From: Minisyncoccia bacterium | Lineage (GTDB): Bacteria; Patescibacteriota; Minisyncoccia; SW-4-49-11 | Direction: 5' to 3' | NCBI GenBank assembly: GCA_044341565.1 | Contig: JBIIRM010000001.1 | Coordinates: 1,159 to 65,158, forward strand | Length of the DNA: 64,000 nucleotides | Shown here: in pieces, positions 1 through 10,022 of the stretch | Position numbering within the stretch: position 1 is the stretch's first letter | Layout: each line of letters starts with the position of its first letter | Notes under the pieces: generated by a model | What the model saw: the letters and a program-made list of their open reading frames with translations, nothing else | What the model was told of the DNA's origin: nothing | Database searches by the model: none | Made by a program: the position numbers and the translations under genes

Positions 1-11
1 CAAAAATATAT

Positions 12-910
12 ATAGCTGGACATAATGGTTTAGTAGGTTCTGCAATTATAAGATATTTACAACAACAAAATTATACTAATCTTGTTTACAAGAGTTCCAA
101 AGAATTAAATTTAATGAATGAAGATGAGGTTTTTGCTTTTTTTGAAAAAAAAAGCCAGAGTATGTTTTTTTAGCGGCAGCTAAAGTAGGAGGTATATTAG
201 CTAATAGAGATTATCCTGCTGATTTTATTTATCAAAATTTGAAAATGGAAATAAATGTAATCGAGGCCTGTCGTAAATATGAGGTGAAAAAAATGATATT
301 TTTAGGAAGTTCTTGTATATACCCCAAGTTTGCAGAGCAACCTATTAAAGAAGAATATCTTTTAGATGGAAAATTAGAGGAAACAAATGAACCCTATGCT
401 ATTGCAAAGATTGCCGGGATTAAGTTGTGTCAAGCATATAACAAGCAATATGGGACAAAATTCATATCAGCTATGCCAACCAATTTATATGGAATAAACG
501 ATAATTTTGATCTACAGACATCACATGTATTACCTGCAATTATTAGGAAAATGCATGATGCAAAAGTTAATAATGAAAAAACTGTAACTTTATGGGGTAC
601 AGGATCGCCCAAAAGGGAGTTTTTATTTGTTGAGGACTTAGCAGCGGCTTTAGTATTTTTGATGAATAATTATGATACCAATGATTGGATAAATATTGGA
701 ACAGGGGAGGATATCTCCATAAAAGATTTGGCCAATATAGTAAAAGGTATAGTTGAATATACTGGAGATATTGTTTGGGATTCGTCTAAGCCAGATGGAA
801 CGCCTAGGAAATTGTTGGATGTCTCAAAAATAAAATCTTTAGGATGGAAAGCTAATACTAACTTAGTAGAGGGTATTATGATGACTTATGATTGGTTTTT
901 AAAAAAATAA
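12..910 (+). CDS. fcl: GDP-L-fucose synthase (GDP-4-keto-6-deoxy-D-mannose 3,5-epimerase/4-reductase); 5' end lies outside window; frame broken at an A9 tract
   Basis: Frame A (12-157) reads IAGHNGLVGSAIIRYL...VFAFFEKK. After a 1-nt frame change at the A9 run (145-153) the frame reads KPEYVFLAAAKVGGILANRDYPADFIYQNL. This continues into the listed ORF 239-910 (LGSSCIYPK, NEPYAIAKIAGIKLC, PTNLYG, KPDGTPRKLLDVSK). These are the hallmark Fcl motifs in the canonical order. Confidence 0.8.
145..153. repeat. homopolymeric A9 tract (T7 tract follows at 165-171) at the fcl frame-break point
   Basis: Read directly from the sequence. Ten A would give gaa aaa aaa aag cca gag tat and restore the Fcl frame. 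Confidence 0.9.
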
Positions 911-987
911 AAGTTCATAGGACTATATCATACATATATATAGGGGGTATCAAATATGTATGATATAATAGGAGAAATTGTTTAGAT

Positions 988-2091
988 ATGAATATACTTT
1001 GGCTTACTTGGAAAGATACTGAACATCCTCTTGCTGGAGGTGCAGAAGTTGTTTCCTCGCAATTAGCAAAACAACTAGTTGAACATGGACATACAGTTCG
1101 ATTTATCACAGGGAGTTTTGCTGGAGCAAAGACAGAAATAATAAAAGATGGATATCAAATTAATAGAGTAGGGAATCGATATACCGTATATTATAAGGCC
1201 TCACAATATTATAAACAAAATCTTAAAAATTGGGCAGATATTGTCATAGATGAAATTAATACTATTCCATTCTTCTCCCCATTTTATGTAAAAGAGAAAA
1301 AAATACTATTTTTTCATCAACTTTGTCGAGAAATCTGGTTTTATCAGATGATATTTCCACTTAGTTTAATTGGATATCTGATAGAGCCAATTTATCTATG
1401 GTTATTACGCAATAATACGGTTATTACCGTATCTAATAGCACCAAATTAGATTTATTAAAATATGGATTTAAGGAAGATAATATTCATATTATTAGTGAA
1501 GGGATAGAGCTAGAACCTGTTCAAGATTTAAATTCTATTACTAAATTTGATAAGCCTACAGTATTAAGTCTAGGTGGAATTAGAGCAATGAAGAGAACCT
1601 TAGATATTGTAAAATCTTTTGAAATAGCAAAAAACACTATCCCAGAATTACAATTAATTATTGCAGGAGATTATCAGGACTCATATGGAGATAGAGTTTT
1701 AGATTATGTAAAACAATCACAATATCAATCAGATATACAAATATTAGGAAAAGTTAATAAGGAGAAGAAAATTCAACTGATGCAACAAAGTCATCTCATT
1801 GCCGTCACTTCTATCAAAGAAGGCTGGGGATTAATTGTAACAGAAGCTAATTCCCAAGGAACCCCAGCAGTAGTATATAATGTGGATGGACTTAGAGATT
1901 CTGTAAAAGATAAAGAAACTGGATATATTAGTGAACACAATACTCCTAGGTCTCTGGCTCAATCAATACAATTAGCCTTACAGGATAAAAAAGTATATAA
2001 TAGTATAAGGAAAAATGCTTGGGAATGGAGTAAGACCATAACTTTTGAGCAAGCGTATACAGATTTTAATGAAATAATATCTCAGTCATGA
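988..2091 (+). CDS. glycosyltransferase family 4 (GT-B fold)
   Basis: C-terminal EGWGLIVTEANSQGTPAVVYNVDGLRDSV matches the E-x7-E motif region of GT4. The stop overlaps the next start (ATGA at 2088-2091). Confidence 0.75.
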   Translation: MNILWLTWKDTEHPLAGGAEVVSSQLAKQLVEHGHTVRFITGSFAGAKTEIIKDGYQINRVGNRYTVYYKASQYYKQNLKNWADIVIDEINTIPFFSPFYVKEKKILFFHQLCREIWFYQMIFPLSLIGYLIEPIYLWLLRNNTVITVSNSTKLDLLKYGFKEDNIHIISEGIELEPVQDLNSITKFDKPTVLSLGGIRAMKRTLDIVKSFEIAKNTIPELQLIIAGDYQDSYGDRVLDYVKQSQYQSDIQILGKVNKEKKIQLMQQSHLIAVTSIKEGWGLIVTEANSQGTPAVVYNVDGLRDSVKDKETGYISEHNTPRSLAQSIQLALQDKKVYNSIRKNAWEWSKTITFEQAYTDFNEIISQS

Positions 2092-3737
2092 AAGTAAAGC
2101 CCCTAGTTTCAATTATAATTGCATGTAAAAATAATGCTCGGTATATACAGCAAAGCCTTAACAGTGTTCAAAATCAAACATATAAGAATTGGGAATTAAT
2201 TATTGTAGATAATTTCTCAACTGACGGAACATTTGAAATTGCCAAAGAATATACGGATAAAGTGTATCAATTAGGTCCAGAGAGGAGTGCTCAATTTAAT
2301 TACGGGTTTACTCAATCAAAAGGAGATCTTATATATCGTATAGGAGCAGAGTTTGAGTTAGAACCTGATGTAATAGAGAAATGTGTAGCTAAAATTCAGG
2401 AAGGTTATGATGCGGTTGCAATACATAACAGGAGTAGTAATACAATGGGTATATGGTCTCAGGTAAGGTATTATGAAAGAGAGTCTTATAAAGAAGATAA
2501 TATTGTTGTAGCAACAAGGTTTTGGAAAAGAGGGGTATTTGAATCTGTTGGTGGATTTGATGAAAATTTAGTAGCTAATGAAGACTTTGATTTACATAAT
2601 CGTATTGTAGAGAGGGGGTATAGATGGACTCATGTTGATGCAATAGAAGTTCATTTAGGCGAACCTAAAAACATTTTAGAAGTATGGAACAAATTTTATT
2701 ATTATGGTAGAACGATTGGTAATTATATCAAAAAAGATAAGCAAAATAAAAAACATATCAACATTATCCGACCAAGTTTTAGAAACATATATAAAATGAT
2801 GTATAAAGAAGGTGGTATAAAGCTTTTTTGTGCGTTTTGGATATATATGGGGGTGAAATTTATTGCTGGAGGTGTGGGTTATTTGGTAGGACCACCAAAA
2901 CAGTTGAGGAATAAAGATAGTATCTTAGTAAAAAATATAGATTTGAAAAAACCTCTCATTTCAGTAATAATTCCAACATATAATTCTTCTCGTACATTAG
3001 AGCGATGTCTACAAAGTATCAAAGATCAGACCTATACTAATATTGAACTCATTGTAGTAGATAATAATAGTACAGATAAGACAAAAGAAATAGCGAGAAA
3101 ATTTACAGATAAAGTATATAATAAGGGTCCAGAGCGTAGTGCTCAGAGAAATTATGGAGTAAAGAAGTCCAAGGGAGAATATGTCCTTGTACATGATAGT
3201 GATATTTATTTTAACCACAATACTATACAAGAATGTGTAGATACAATAGAGGTGGGGCCTTATAGAGCTCTTATATTACCAGAAAAATCTATAGGAGAAG
3301 GATATTGGGTTAAAGTAAAAGCTTTTGAGAGAAGTTTTTATGTGGGTAATGACTATATTGAGGCAGCTCGATTTTTCCCTCGGGATATATATACGCAATT
3401 AGGTGGTTATGATGAGAATTTAACTGGACCAGAAGATTGGGATTTGACAGTAAGAATACGAGAATTAGGGCTTAGTATTGGCCGTACCCCATCATTTTTA
3501 GAACATGATGAGGGAAGAATTGATTTATTGGGAAGTAGTAAAAAGAAACAATACTATGCGAAAGATATGTTTGGTAAATATGCAAATAAACAGTCAGAAT
3601 ATTTCAAAAAACAAATGAGTTTTTTTGTTCGTTTTCCTATATCTAAATTAATAATAAAAGGTATAAGGCATCCAATTTTATTGAGTAGTATGATATTGAT
3701 GAAAGGGCTAGAATATTGGAATAGTAAGAAAAAGTAA
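2088..3737 (+). CDS. tandem double-domain GT2 glycosyltransferase (two GT-A modules in one polypeptide)
   Basis: Two GT2 N-terminal signatures: VSIIIACKNNARYIQQSLNSVQNQTYKNWELIIVDNFSTDGT near residue 7, and ISVIIPTYNSSRTLERCLQSIKDQTYTNIELIVVDNNSTDKT near residue 293. Each is followed by a DxD-type region (DSD/EDFD, EDWD). Confidence 0.75.
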   Translation: MKVKPLVSIIIACKNNARYIQQSLNSVQNQTYKNWELIIVDNFSTDGTFEIAKEYTDKVYQLGPERSAQFNYGFTQSKGDLIYRIGAEFELEPDVIEKCVAKIQEGYDAVAIHNRSSNTMGIWSQVRYYERESYKEDNIVVATRFWKRGVFESVGGFDENLVANEDFDLHNRIVERGYRWTHVDAIEVHLGEPKNILEVWNKFYYYGRTIGNYIKKDKQNKKHINIIRPSFRNIYKMMYKEGGIKLFCAFWIYMGVKFIAGGVGYLVGPPKQLRNKDSILVKNIDLKKPLISVIIPTYNSSRTLERCLQSIKDQTYTNIELIVVDNNSTDKTKEIARKFTDKVYNKGPERSAQRNYGVKKSKGEYVLVHDSDIYFNHNTIQECVDTIEVGPYRALILPEKSIGEGYWVKVKAFERSFYVGNDYIEAARFFPRDIYTQLGGYDENLTGPEDWDLTVRIRELGLSIGRTPSFLEHDEGRIDLLGSSKKKQYYAKDMFGKYANKQSEYFKKQMSFFVRFPISKLIIKGIRHPILLSSMILMKGLEYWNSKKK

Positions 3738-3738
3738 T

Positions 3739-4716
3739 ATGGATTTAGTATCTGTAATTATAGTTAATTATAATGGTAAAAAATGGCTTCAAAAATGTCT
3801 AGACTCGTTATTGAATCAGACATATACTAATTTTGAAATTATTTTAGTAGATAATAAGTCTACTGATGATAGTATAAAGTTTTTGAAAACTAATTATTTA
3901 GATAAGAGATTAAAAATAATAGAGCATAAAGAAAATAGCGGCTTTTCGGGAGGAAATAATATCGGTATTGAATCTGCGAAAGGAGAATATATATTATTAT
4001 TAAATAATGATACTTGGGTAGACAGCGATTTTCTTGAAAAAATAATGACCTTCTATAAGAATAATAAGTACGATATTGTAGCTCCATATGAAAATGATTA
4101 TGAGGACACTAAACATCCTCAGTACAGTATACAAATTGATATATTGGGGCATCCTATGTATGATAGACAAAAAAATGATAAGGCAGATTTTTATCTATCA
4201 GGAGTATCGTTACTATTTAGGAAAGATTTTTATTTAGAAACAAAAGGATTAGACAATAATTTTTTTATGTACTTTGAGGAGATAGATTGGTTTTGGAGAG
4301 TTATGCTACTGGGGGGAATATTTAGACATATTCCTAATCTCTATGTTCATCATGCGGGTTCTGGTAGTACTGGTTCCGGTATCAAATATTTATCTTTTTT
4401 ATGGAGAAATCAAAACACCCTCCAAATGTTAATCAAAAATTATTCATGGTATAATTTGATTTGGGTATTACCTATATATATTTTACAAAATTTATTTGAA
4501 ATTATTTTTATGATTTTAATTTTTCAACCAAAGATTGCATTTAGTTATATACAAGGATGGTATTTTAATATTATTCATTTACCCCGCACATTGCAAGAGA
4601 GAAAATGGGTGCAAAAAAATAGAAAAATTAGTGATGCTGTGATTATGAATGTGATGTATAAAGGGTTTGCTAAATTTCATCATCTACTTGTATTTTTTAA
4701 GATAAAATCAGTATGA
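3739..4716 (+). CDS. GT2 glycosyltransferase
   Basis: VSVIIVNYNGKKWLQKCLDSLLNQTYTNFEIILVDNKSTDDS; LLNNDTW; C-terminal hydrophobic segments. Confidence 0.75.
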   Translation: MDLVSVIIVNYNGKKWLQKCLDSLLNQTYTNFEIILVDNKSTDDSIKFLKTNYLDKRLKIIEHKENSGFSGGNNIGIESAKGEYILLLNNDTWVDSDFLEKIMTFYKNNKYDIVAPYENDYEDTKHPQYSIQIDILGHPMYDRQKNDKADFYLSGVSLLFRKDFYLETKGLDNNFFMYFEEIDWFWRVMLLGGIFRHIPNLYVHHAGSGSTGSGIKYLSFLWRNQNTLQMLIKNYSWYNLIWVLPIYILQNLFEIIFMILIFQPKIAFSYIQGWYFNIIHLPRTLQERKWVQKNRKISDAVIMNVMYKGFAKFHHLLVFFKIKSV

Positions 4717-5336
4717 GAAATCCTTATAAATTAAGTAAAGCTGGATATTCTACGCATTCAATTATAATTAACTCCACAGGGAATCAAGGTGTTGTATTAG
4801 ATGTAGGTTGTAATGATGGCTATATAGGTAAAGATAGTCATAAAGATGTCATTTTTTATGGGCTCGACTATTTATCAGAAAGTGTCGTAAAGGCTAAAAA
4901 AGTATATAAGGACGCCCATGTGTATGATCTTAATAATCTACAAAAATTACCTTGGGATATACAGTTTGATACAATAATTTTTGCCGATGTCCTAGAGCAT
5001 GTAATATATCCAGAAAAAACTCTACAATTTTTTGTTGATAATTATCTTCAATCTAAAGGAAAAGTCATCATATCATTACCTAATATTGCTAATTGGCAAA
5101 TTCGTCTACAATTATTATTTGGTAAGTTTGACTATACTGAAACAGGTATTATGGATAAAACTCATTTACATCTTTACACTTTCAAATCAGCCAAACAATT
5201 ATTAGAAAAGAGTGGATTACATATTACAGCAACATTTGGTGGGGCTTCATTTTTTGGTAAAATAATCACATATTTCCCATGGCTCAAATCATTATTGGCA
5301 ACTAATATTATATATACTTGTGAAAAAGTTAAATAA
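4713..5336 (+). CDS. class I SAM-dependent methyltransferase
   Basis: VLDVGCNDGYIG (motif I-like), FDTIIFADVLEHV (motif II/III region). Overlaps neighbours, so operonic. Confidence 0.6.
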   Translation: MRNPYKLSKAGYSTHSIIINSTGNQGVVLDVGCNDGYIGKDSHKDVIFYGLDYLSESVVKAKKVYKDAHVYDLNNLQKLPWDIQFDTIIFADVLEHVIYPEKTLQFFVDNYLQSKGKVIISLPNIANWQIRLQLLFGKFDYTETGIMDKTHLHLYTFKSAKQLLEKSGLHITATFGGASFFGKIITYFPWLKSLLATNIIYTCEKVK

Positions 5337-7578
5337 AGATATTATATTTATCGGTATATTAATATTGATAGGTATCATTTCTCATCTTGAATGGTTTAAT
5401 CCATATAGTATCTTGAATGATTCGGATTGGTATTTTTGGTATAATGAAACTATAAGAGAGTTAAATGTTGCTTATGGGGCATGGAATAATATGTTTGGCT
5501 TTGGAGTTCCTAATATCCAACTATATTTTAATATATTCAAGATACAATGGTATGTGATTGGTACATTAGGGTTCTCATATGATATTGCAGCTAAAATAAG
5601 CTTTTTAATCCCAGTTGCAATTATGGGATTTATTTCCCCCTATATATTATCAAGAAAAATTATAGAAGATAGATATATTTCATTTTTAGGAGCTATTTTT
5701 TATGGGACAACAACATATTTTTTGATTCGTCAAACAGCACATATTCCTGTTGCATTTATTTATGCTATGGCTCCAATATTAATATATGTATTTATTAATT
5801 CGTTACAGAAGAATAAATTATATTATTGGATTATATTTGTTATATTTAGTAGCATTTTGATGGGGTATGAGCTCCGAATTGTATATATTTTATATTTTAT
5901 ACTATTTATTTATATCAGTGTTTTTTGGCATAATAAGTTTATTACATACTATAAAAATATTATCATAAGTGGAATTATATTAGTCTTATTGAATCTTTAT
6001 TGGATATTGCCAACTATATTTGGGACCGCAGGAAGTGTGATTGAAGGGGTTGCTAATAGAGGTTTATTTGGAGATTTTCTGTTCTCAATGACTCAATCGA
6101 TTACATTATTTGATAGTGCTTGGACAGGATCAACACCCAATATAAATTTTGAGAAAGCTATTATTCCATGGCAAGCTTGGATAATACCAATAATAATTAT
6201 TGGTGGATTGGTATTATATAATAAAAAAGATCACACATTAGAAAATAAAAGATATGTACTGTTTTTTTTAATTGTATCAATATTGGGTATATTCTTAACA
6301 AAGCAATCCGCAGCACCCTTTGAAGGATTATATTTATGGCTATATCAATATTTTCCTGGATTTAATTTATTTAGAGAGGCTTCAAAATTTTATTTAATTA
6401 CAGCAATAGGGTATTTAGGCTTGCTTCTGTTTAGTTTACAGTCTATAAAACAAAATAGTAGTAGAAATATATACTATGGAATTACTATAATAGTATTTTG
6501 TGTATGTTGTTATAATTTGATACCACTTATTAATGGTTCTATAAAAACAATGTTTATATCTAAAGAAGTATCAAAAGACTATATTTTATTTAAGGATTAT
6601 GTATATAATCAGGATACATATTTTAGGACTCTATGGGTGCCCACATATTCACGATACGGTCTTTTTACAAGTCAAAATCCAATTATATCTAATGTAGCAC
6701 TATCTAGTTCGAGTAAGATATCGGGGTATATAACTGATCCAGGTCAGGCTTCTGAGGATTCCATTTTATCAGTTTATTTAGCATCAAACGCTAATCAACT
6801 GATGGATATTTTATCTATAAAATATGTTGTTGTCCCTTTACAAGATCCTGTTAATGATACGGATTTGTTTAGATTTTATGGAGGGAGTGTTAATCCAGAT
6901 ATTAGGAATTATTATATAAATCAATTAGATAAAGTTGATTGGCTCAGGCGAGTGGATATAGGTCAGGATAAATTAGTGATTTATAAAAATGAGGGTTTTA
7001 GAGATAATCTATATATTACAAAAGAATCTGAAGATATAGATCAAAATATCGAATTTGAAAGTATTAAATATAACCAGATTAAGCCCACACAATATACAAT
7101 ATCAGTAGAAAATCTTAAGGAAAATAGATATATTAACTTTACAGATACATATAATCTCGGATGGAAATTGAGAGTGGGTGCATTTAATTGGCTAACAAGT
7201 TTGAAGACACCAAATTACTTTCTACCTGATGAATTTCATTCTGAGAGTAAAATTGGATTAAATGAATTTACCATTGATCCAGAATATATAAAAGCTAATT
7301 TTGATAAGTCTATGTACAAAGAAAATTTGGATGGATCTATTGATGTAGAACTAACATTATACTTCAGGCCTCAGTCATATTTTTATCTTGGTATTATTAT
7401 TTCCCTGACTACTTTGATTCTATGTCTAGGGTATCTTGGGTTTTATTGGGTTAGGAGAAGAAAGAATCAGAATAATCTACCCCTCAATTTATCTCCCGTA
7501 GAGAGAGAGGAGAATGGGGGACAAAAGAAAAAACGACCTAAGTCAAAAGGTCAAACGAAAGCGAAGATAAAGAAGTAA
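5320..7578 (+). CDS. large polytopic membrane protein, GT-C-like (putative membrane glycosyltransferase/polymerase), polybasic C-terminal tail
   Basis: About 10 or more predicted TM helices in the first ~400 aa. A ~300-aa hydrophilic domain follows, then a final TM (YFYLGIIISLTTLILCLGYLGFYWV) and a K-rich tail QKKKRPKSKGQTKAKIKK. No confident family motif recognised. Confidence 0.45.
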   Translation: MKKLNKDIIFIGILILIGIISHLEWFNPYSILNDSDWYFWYNETIRELNVAYGAWNNMFGFGVPNIQLYFNIFKIQWYVIGTLGFSYDIAAKISFLIPVAIMGFISPYILSRKIIEDRYISFLGAIFYGTTTYFLIRQTAHIPVAFIYAMAPILIYVFINSLQKNKLYYWIIFVIFSSILMGYELRIVYILYFILFIYISVFWHNKFITYYKNIIISGIILVLLNLYWILPTIFGTAGSVIEGVANRGLFGDFLFSMTQSITLFDSAWTGSTPNINFEKAIIPWQAWIIPIIIIGGLVLYNKKDHTLENKRYVLFFLIVSILGIFLTKQSAAPFEGLYLWLYQYFPGFNLFREASKFYLITAIGYLGLLLFSLQSIKQNSSRNIYYGITIIVFCVCCYNLIPLINGSIKTMFISKEVSKDYILFKDYVYNQDTYFRTLWVPTYSRYGLFTSQNPIISNVALSSSSKISGYITDPGQASEDSILSVYLASNANQLMDILSIKYVVVPLQDPVNDTDLFRFYGGSVNPDIRNYYINQLDKVDWLRRVDIGQDKLVIYKNEGFRDNLYITKESEDIDQNIEFESIKYNQIKPTQYTISVENLKENRYINFTDTYNLGWKLRVGAFNWLTSLKTPNYFLPDEFHSESKIGLNEFTIDPEYIKANFDKSMYKENLDGSIDVELTLYFRPQSYFYLGIIISLTTLILCLGYLGFYWVRRRKNQNNLPLNLSPVEREENGGQKKKRPKSKGQTKAKIKK

Positions 7579-7579
7579 T

Positions 7580-9958
7580 ATGAAATCAGGAATTACTGGT
7601 CTAGATTGGGTGAAACTGGCAATTGTTATTGTAGTTTTTGGGATAACTTTTATCTTGTTAGGCAGTATATGGTCAGCTTTAATCTGGGCATATATTGGAG
7701 CTGTAATATTATTTCGATTAGATGGTAAATATGCAGGGTATGTGGCTATTACCTTTCTTGTACTCGCTCCTATTGCCTTGTCTCTCAAATTAGATAAATT
7801 GGCTGAAGCTTTTGCGGTGAATGTTTTTTATCTTATGTGTATTATGGTATTTAGTGAAATATGGAGTGGGCAGAGATGGCGCTGGCAAGGCTTAGAGAAT
7901 CTTTTGGACAGCATAGGGCATTGGACTCATAAACAAATTACCAAAATCCCTAATTATATTTGGATTATGGGGCTATTGGGCATATCTCTTGTATATGTGT
8001 CAGGGAAGTATTTCTTTAAAGAGGCTATTCCTCATAATAGTTTTTTGGATATGGGTGGTGCTGTGGTGCATTTTGATGTCTTTAGGATGTTTGGGATTGG
8101 ATGGTTTTATCAATTTGGATTTGCTTGGAATATATTGACGAGTAATTGGGCGGTATTATACACTCATACTCTTTCATTATTGGCAGGAGACTTTTATCTC
8201 GGGATAAAAATTCATCAGCTTATTAGTATTGGTGTTGCAGCTGTGGGTATTATAAAGTTGATGAGAGTTGTACTCCCTCAAGCGACAAAAAACACTCTTG
8301 GTATTGGGGTTCAGATTCTCGCTACGCTTATATATATATTGAATCCATTTTATCTCTCGGTATTAAATGGTGTGGTGGAATTTGGTATTGCTTATGCTTT
8401 GCTTCCTTGGATTGTAAATGATTGGATTTGGTTGATGAGACATAAGCCAAATTGGTTTGGGTTGATACATCGGACTTTGGTGTTGGGTATTATTGTAGCT
8501 TTGAGTACATTGATTTCAGGTATTACTATGGTATTTACTAATATTATTCCTCTTATAATTATTATGTTGGGCATTGCTCTGATTGATTATAAATCTCCAC
8601 GAGAATTAATGCGGCGATTGGGATTATTCTCATCAGTTTGGGTTATTGTAATCTTGGCGGGACTCCATATGCTTGTACCGACATTCTTTGGATATCGAGC
8701 GAATACAGGGTTATTGGATGAGTCTCAAACTCAGGAGCGTATAGTTCCTTTTGTAAAGGATTATTATTCTCCTACTATTGCAGAAATTGGATATCTTCAA
8801 AATAAAGAGGGTATTGTATCAGGAGAAATTGGATATTCTCTTAAAAGTATTCCTCTTGATAATCGTATTATTTGGCTTATTTGGACAAGTTTTGGTATTG
8901 TATCAATTCTCTGGATGAGGCGAAACAAATATATACTCCCAATTTGGCTAGGTTCTGGGATCGCGGGATATTTAGCTCTCGGTTATAGTCAATCTTGGTT
9001 ATATAGGGTATTAAATGAGTATTTCCCTTATTTTTGGGGGCTTAGAACCCCTGGAAGATTTATGATGGTATTTGTATTAGGTGTTGCTATGCTAGGGGCC
9101 CTTACCTGGTATTATGTAGTGACTGAGATGAAATCAAAACAATGGCGTATGCTCGGGTTATTTTCTATTCCCATATTCTTGATCATGATATTAGTCTCAG
9201 CTCGATATCAAAGTCTAAAAATGTATACATTCTATACAGTACCTTCCCTCAATGTTCATTATCCTGGTATAGATAGGGCTAAAAAGATTGTAGATAATCT
9301 TAATCCAAATCAAGAATATCGTATTCTCGATTTGACTCGAGATGATGATGGAGCTTGGAATCATACTCGAGCTATGTCTATTAATCAGAGAGTATTCAAT
9401 AATTTTGATAAGGTATTATTACAGCATTCTGTACCAAAATGGATACCGGTATTACGAGAAAATAATGTTAAATATATTGTGACGACTAGCTATGATAATT
9501 ATTGTGATGATAGATTTCAGGATGACAAAAATCTTGTTTCTTGTTACCTCTTGGAGCGAAGAGCTGAGTTGAATTTGGTGAATTCTACTGTAGAAGGATA
9601 TCGTATTTATGAAGTGCCTGATGTAAAAGAATATGTCTCTGGAGATAAGGTGGAGGTGGGATTTTCTTATAATCCTACCATAAGAACAGGGGATGATGAG
9701 CGCAATGTTAATGTAGCTGAAGTCTATAGTCCTCAATTCAAATGGACTTGTGGAGAGAAAACTATTGATACTAAATCTAAAACTAATGGTCTTACTCAAT
9801 CAGCAATATTACCTGCTAATTCAGAATGTAAATTTGGCTATCATAAATCTCGGAGTGTAGTAGTGGCTGAGACTATATCCTATGGACTCATTCTACTCGC
9901 AATATTAGGGGCTATGGGGCTTGCTATCAAAAGAATTTGGTTTTGGGGTAAGAAATAA
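7580..9958 (+). CDS. second large polytopic membrane protein, same architecture (paralog of 5320-7578)
   Basis: Multi-TM N-terminal half, large extracytoplasmic C-domain, terminal TM ISYGLILLAILGAMGLAIKRIWFWGKK. Start follows the previous stop by 1 nt. Confidence 0.45.
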   Translation: MKSGITGLDWVKLAIVIVVFGITFILLGSIWSALIWAYIGAVILFRLDGKYAGYVAITFLVLAPIALSLKLDKLAEAFAVNVFYLMCIMVFSEIWSGQRWRWQGLENLLDSIGHWTHKQITKIPNYIWIMGLLGISLVYVSGKYFFKEAIPHNSFLDMGGAVVHFDVFRMFGIGWFYQFGFAWNILTSNWAVLYTHTLSLLAGDFYLGIKIHQLISIGVAAVGIIKLMRVVLPQATKNTLGIGVQILATLIYILNPFYLSVLNGVVEFGIAYALLPWIVNDWIWLMRHKPNWFGLIHRTLVLGIIVALSTLISGITMVFTNIIPLIIIMLGIALIDYKSPRELMRRLGLFSSVWVIVILAGLHMLVPTFFGYRANTGLLDESQTQERIVPFVKDYYSPTIAEIGYLQNKEGIVSGEIGYSLKSIPLDNRIIWLIWTSFGIVSILWMRRNKYILPIWLGSGIAGYLALGYSQSWLYRVLNEYFPYFWGLRTPGRFMMVFVLGVAMLGALTWYYVVTEMKSKQWRMLGLFSIPIFLIMILVSARYQSLKMYTFYTVPSLNVHYPGIDRAKKIVDNLNPNQEYRILDLTRDDDGAWNHTRAMSINQRVFNNFDKVLLQHSVPKWIPVLRENNVKYIVTTSYDNYCDDRFQDDKNLVSCYLLERRAELNLVNSTVEGYRIYEVPDVKEYVSGDKVEVGFSYNPTIRTGDDERNVNVAEVYSPQFKWTCGEKTIDTKSKTNGLTQSAILPANSECKFGYHKSRSVVVAETISYGLILLAILGAMGLAIKRIWFWGKK

Positions 9959-10022
9959 TAAGATATTTTTGCATAAAATATAATTTCTATGCTATTATAA
10001 AGATAAGAATTTATCATAATAT

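Noticed and set aside
2088-2091. Considered an alternative genetic code (UGA=Gly as in some CPR lineages)
   Set aside because: TGA terminates the GT4 gene in the ATGA overlap and ends several other ORFs at sensible lengths. TAG also ends genes. Standard code 11 fits.
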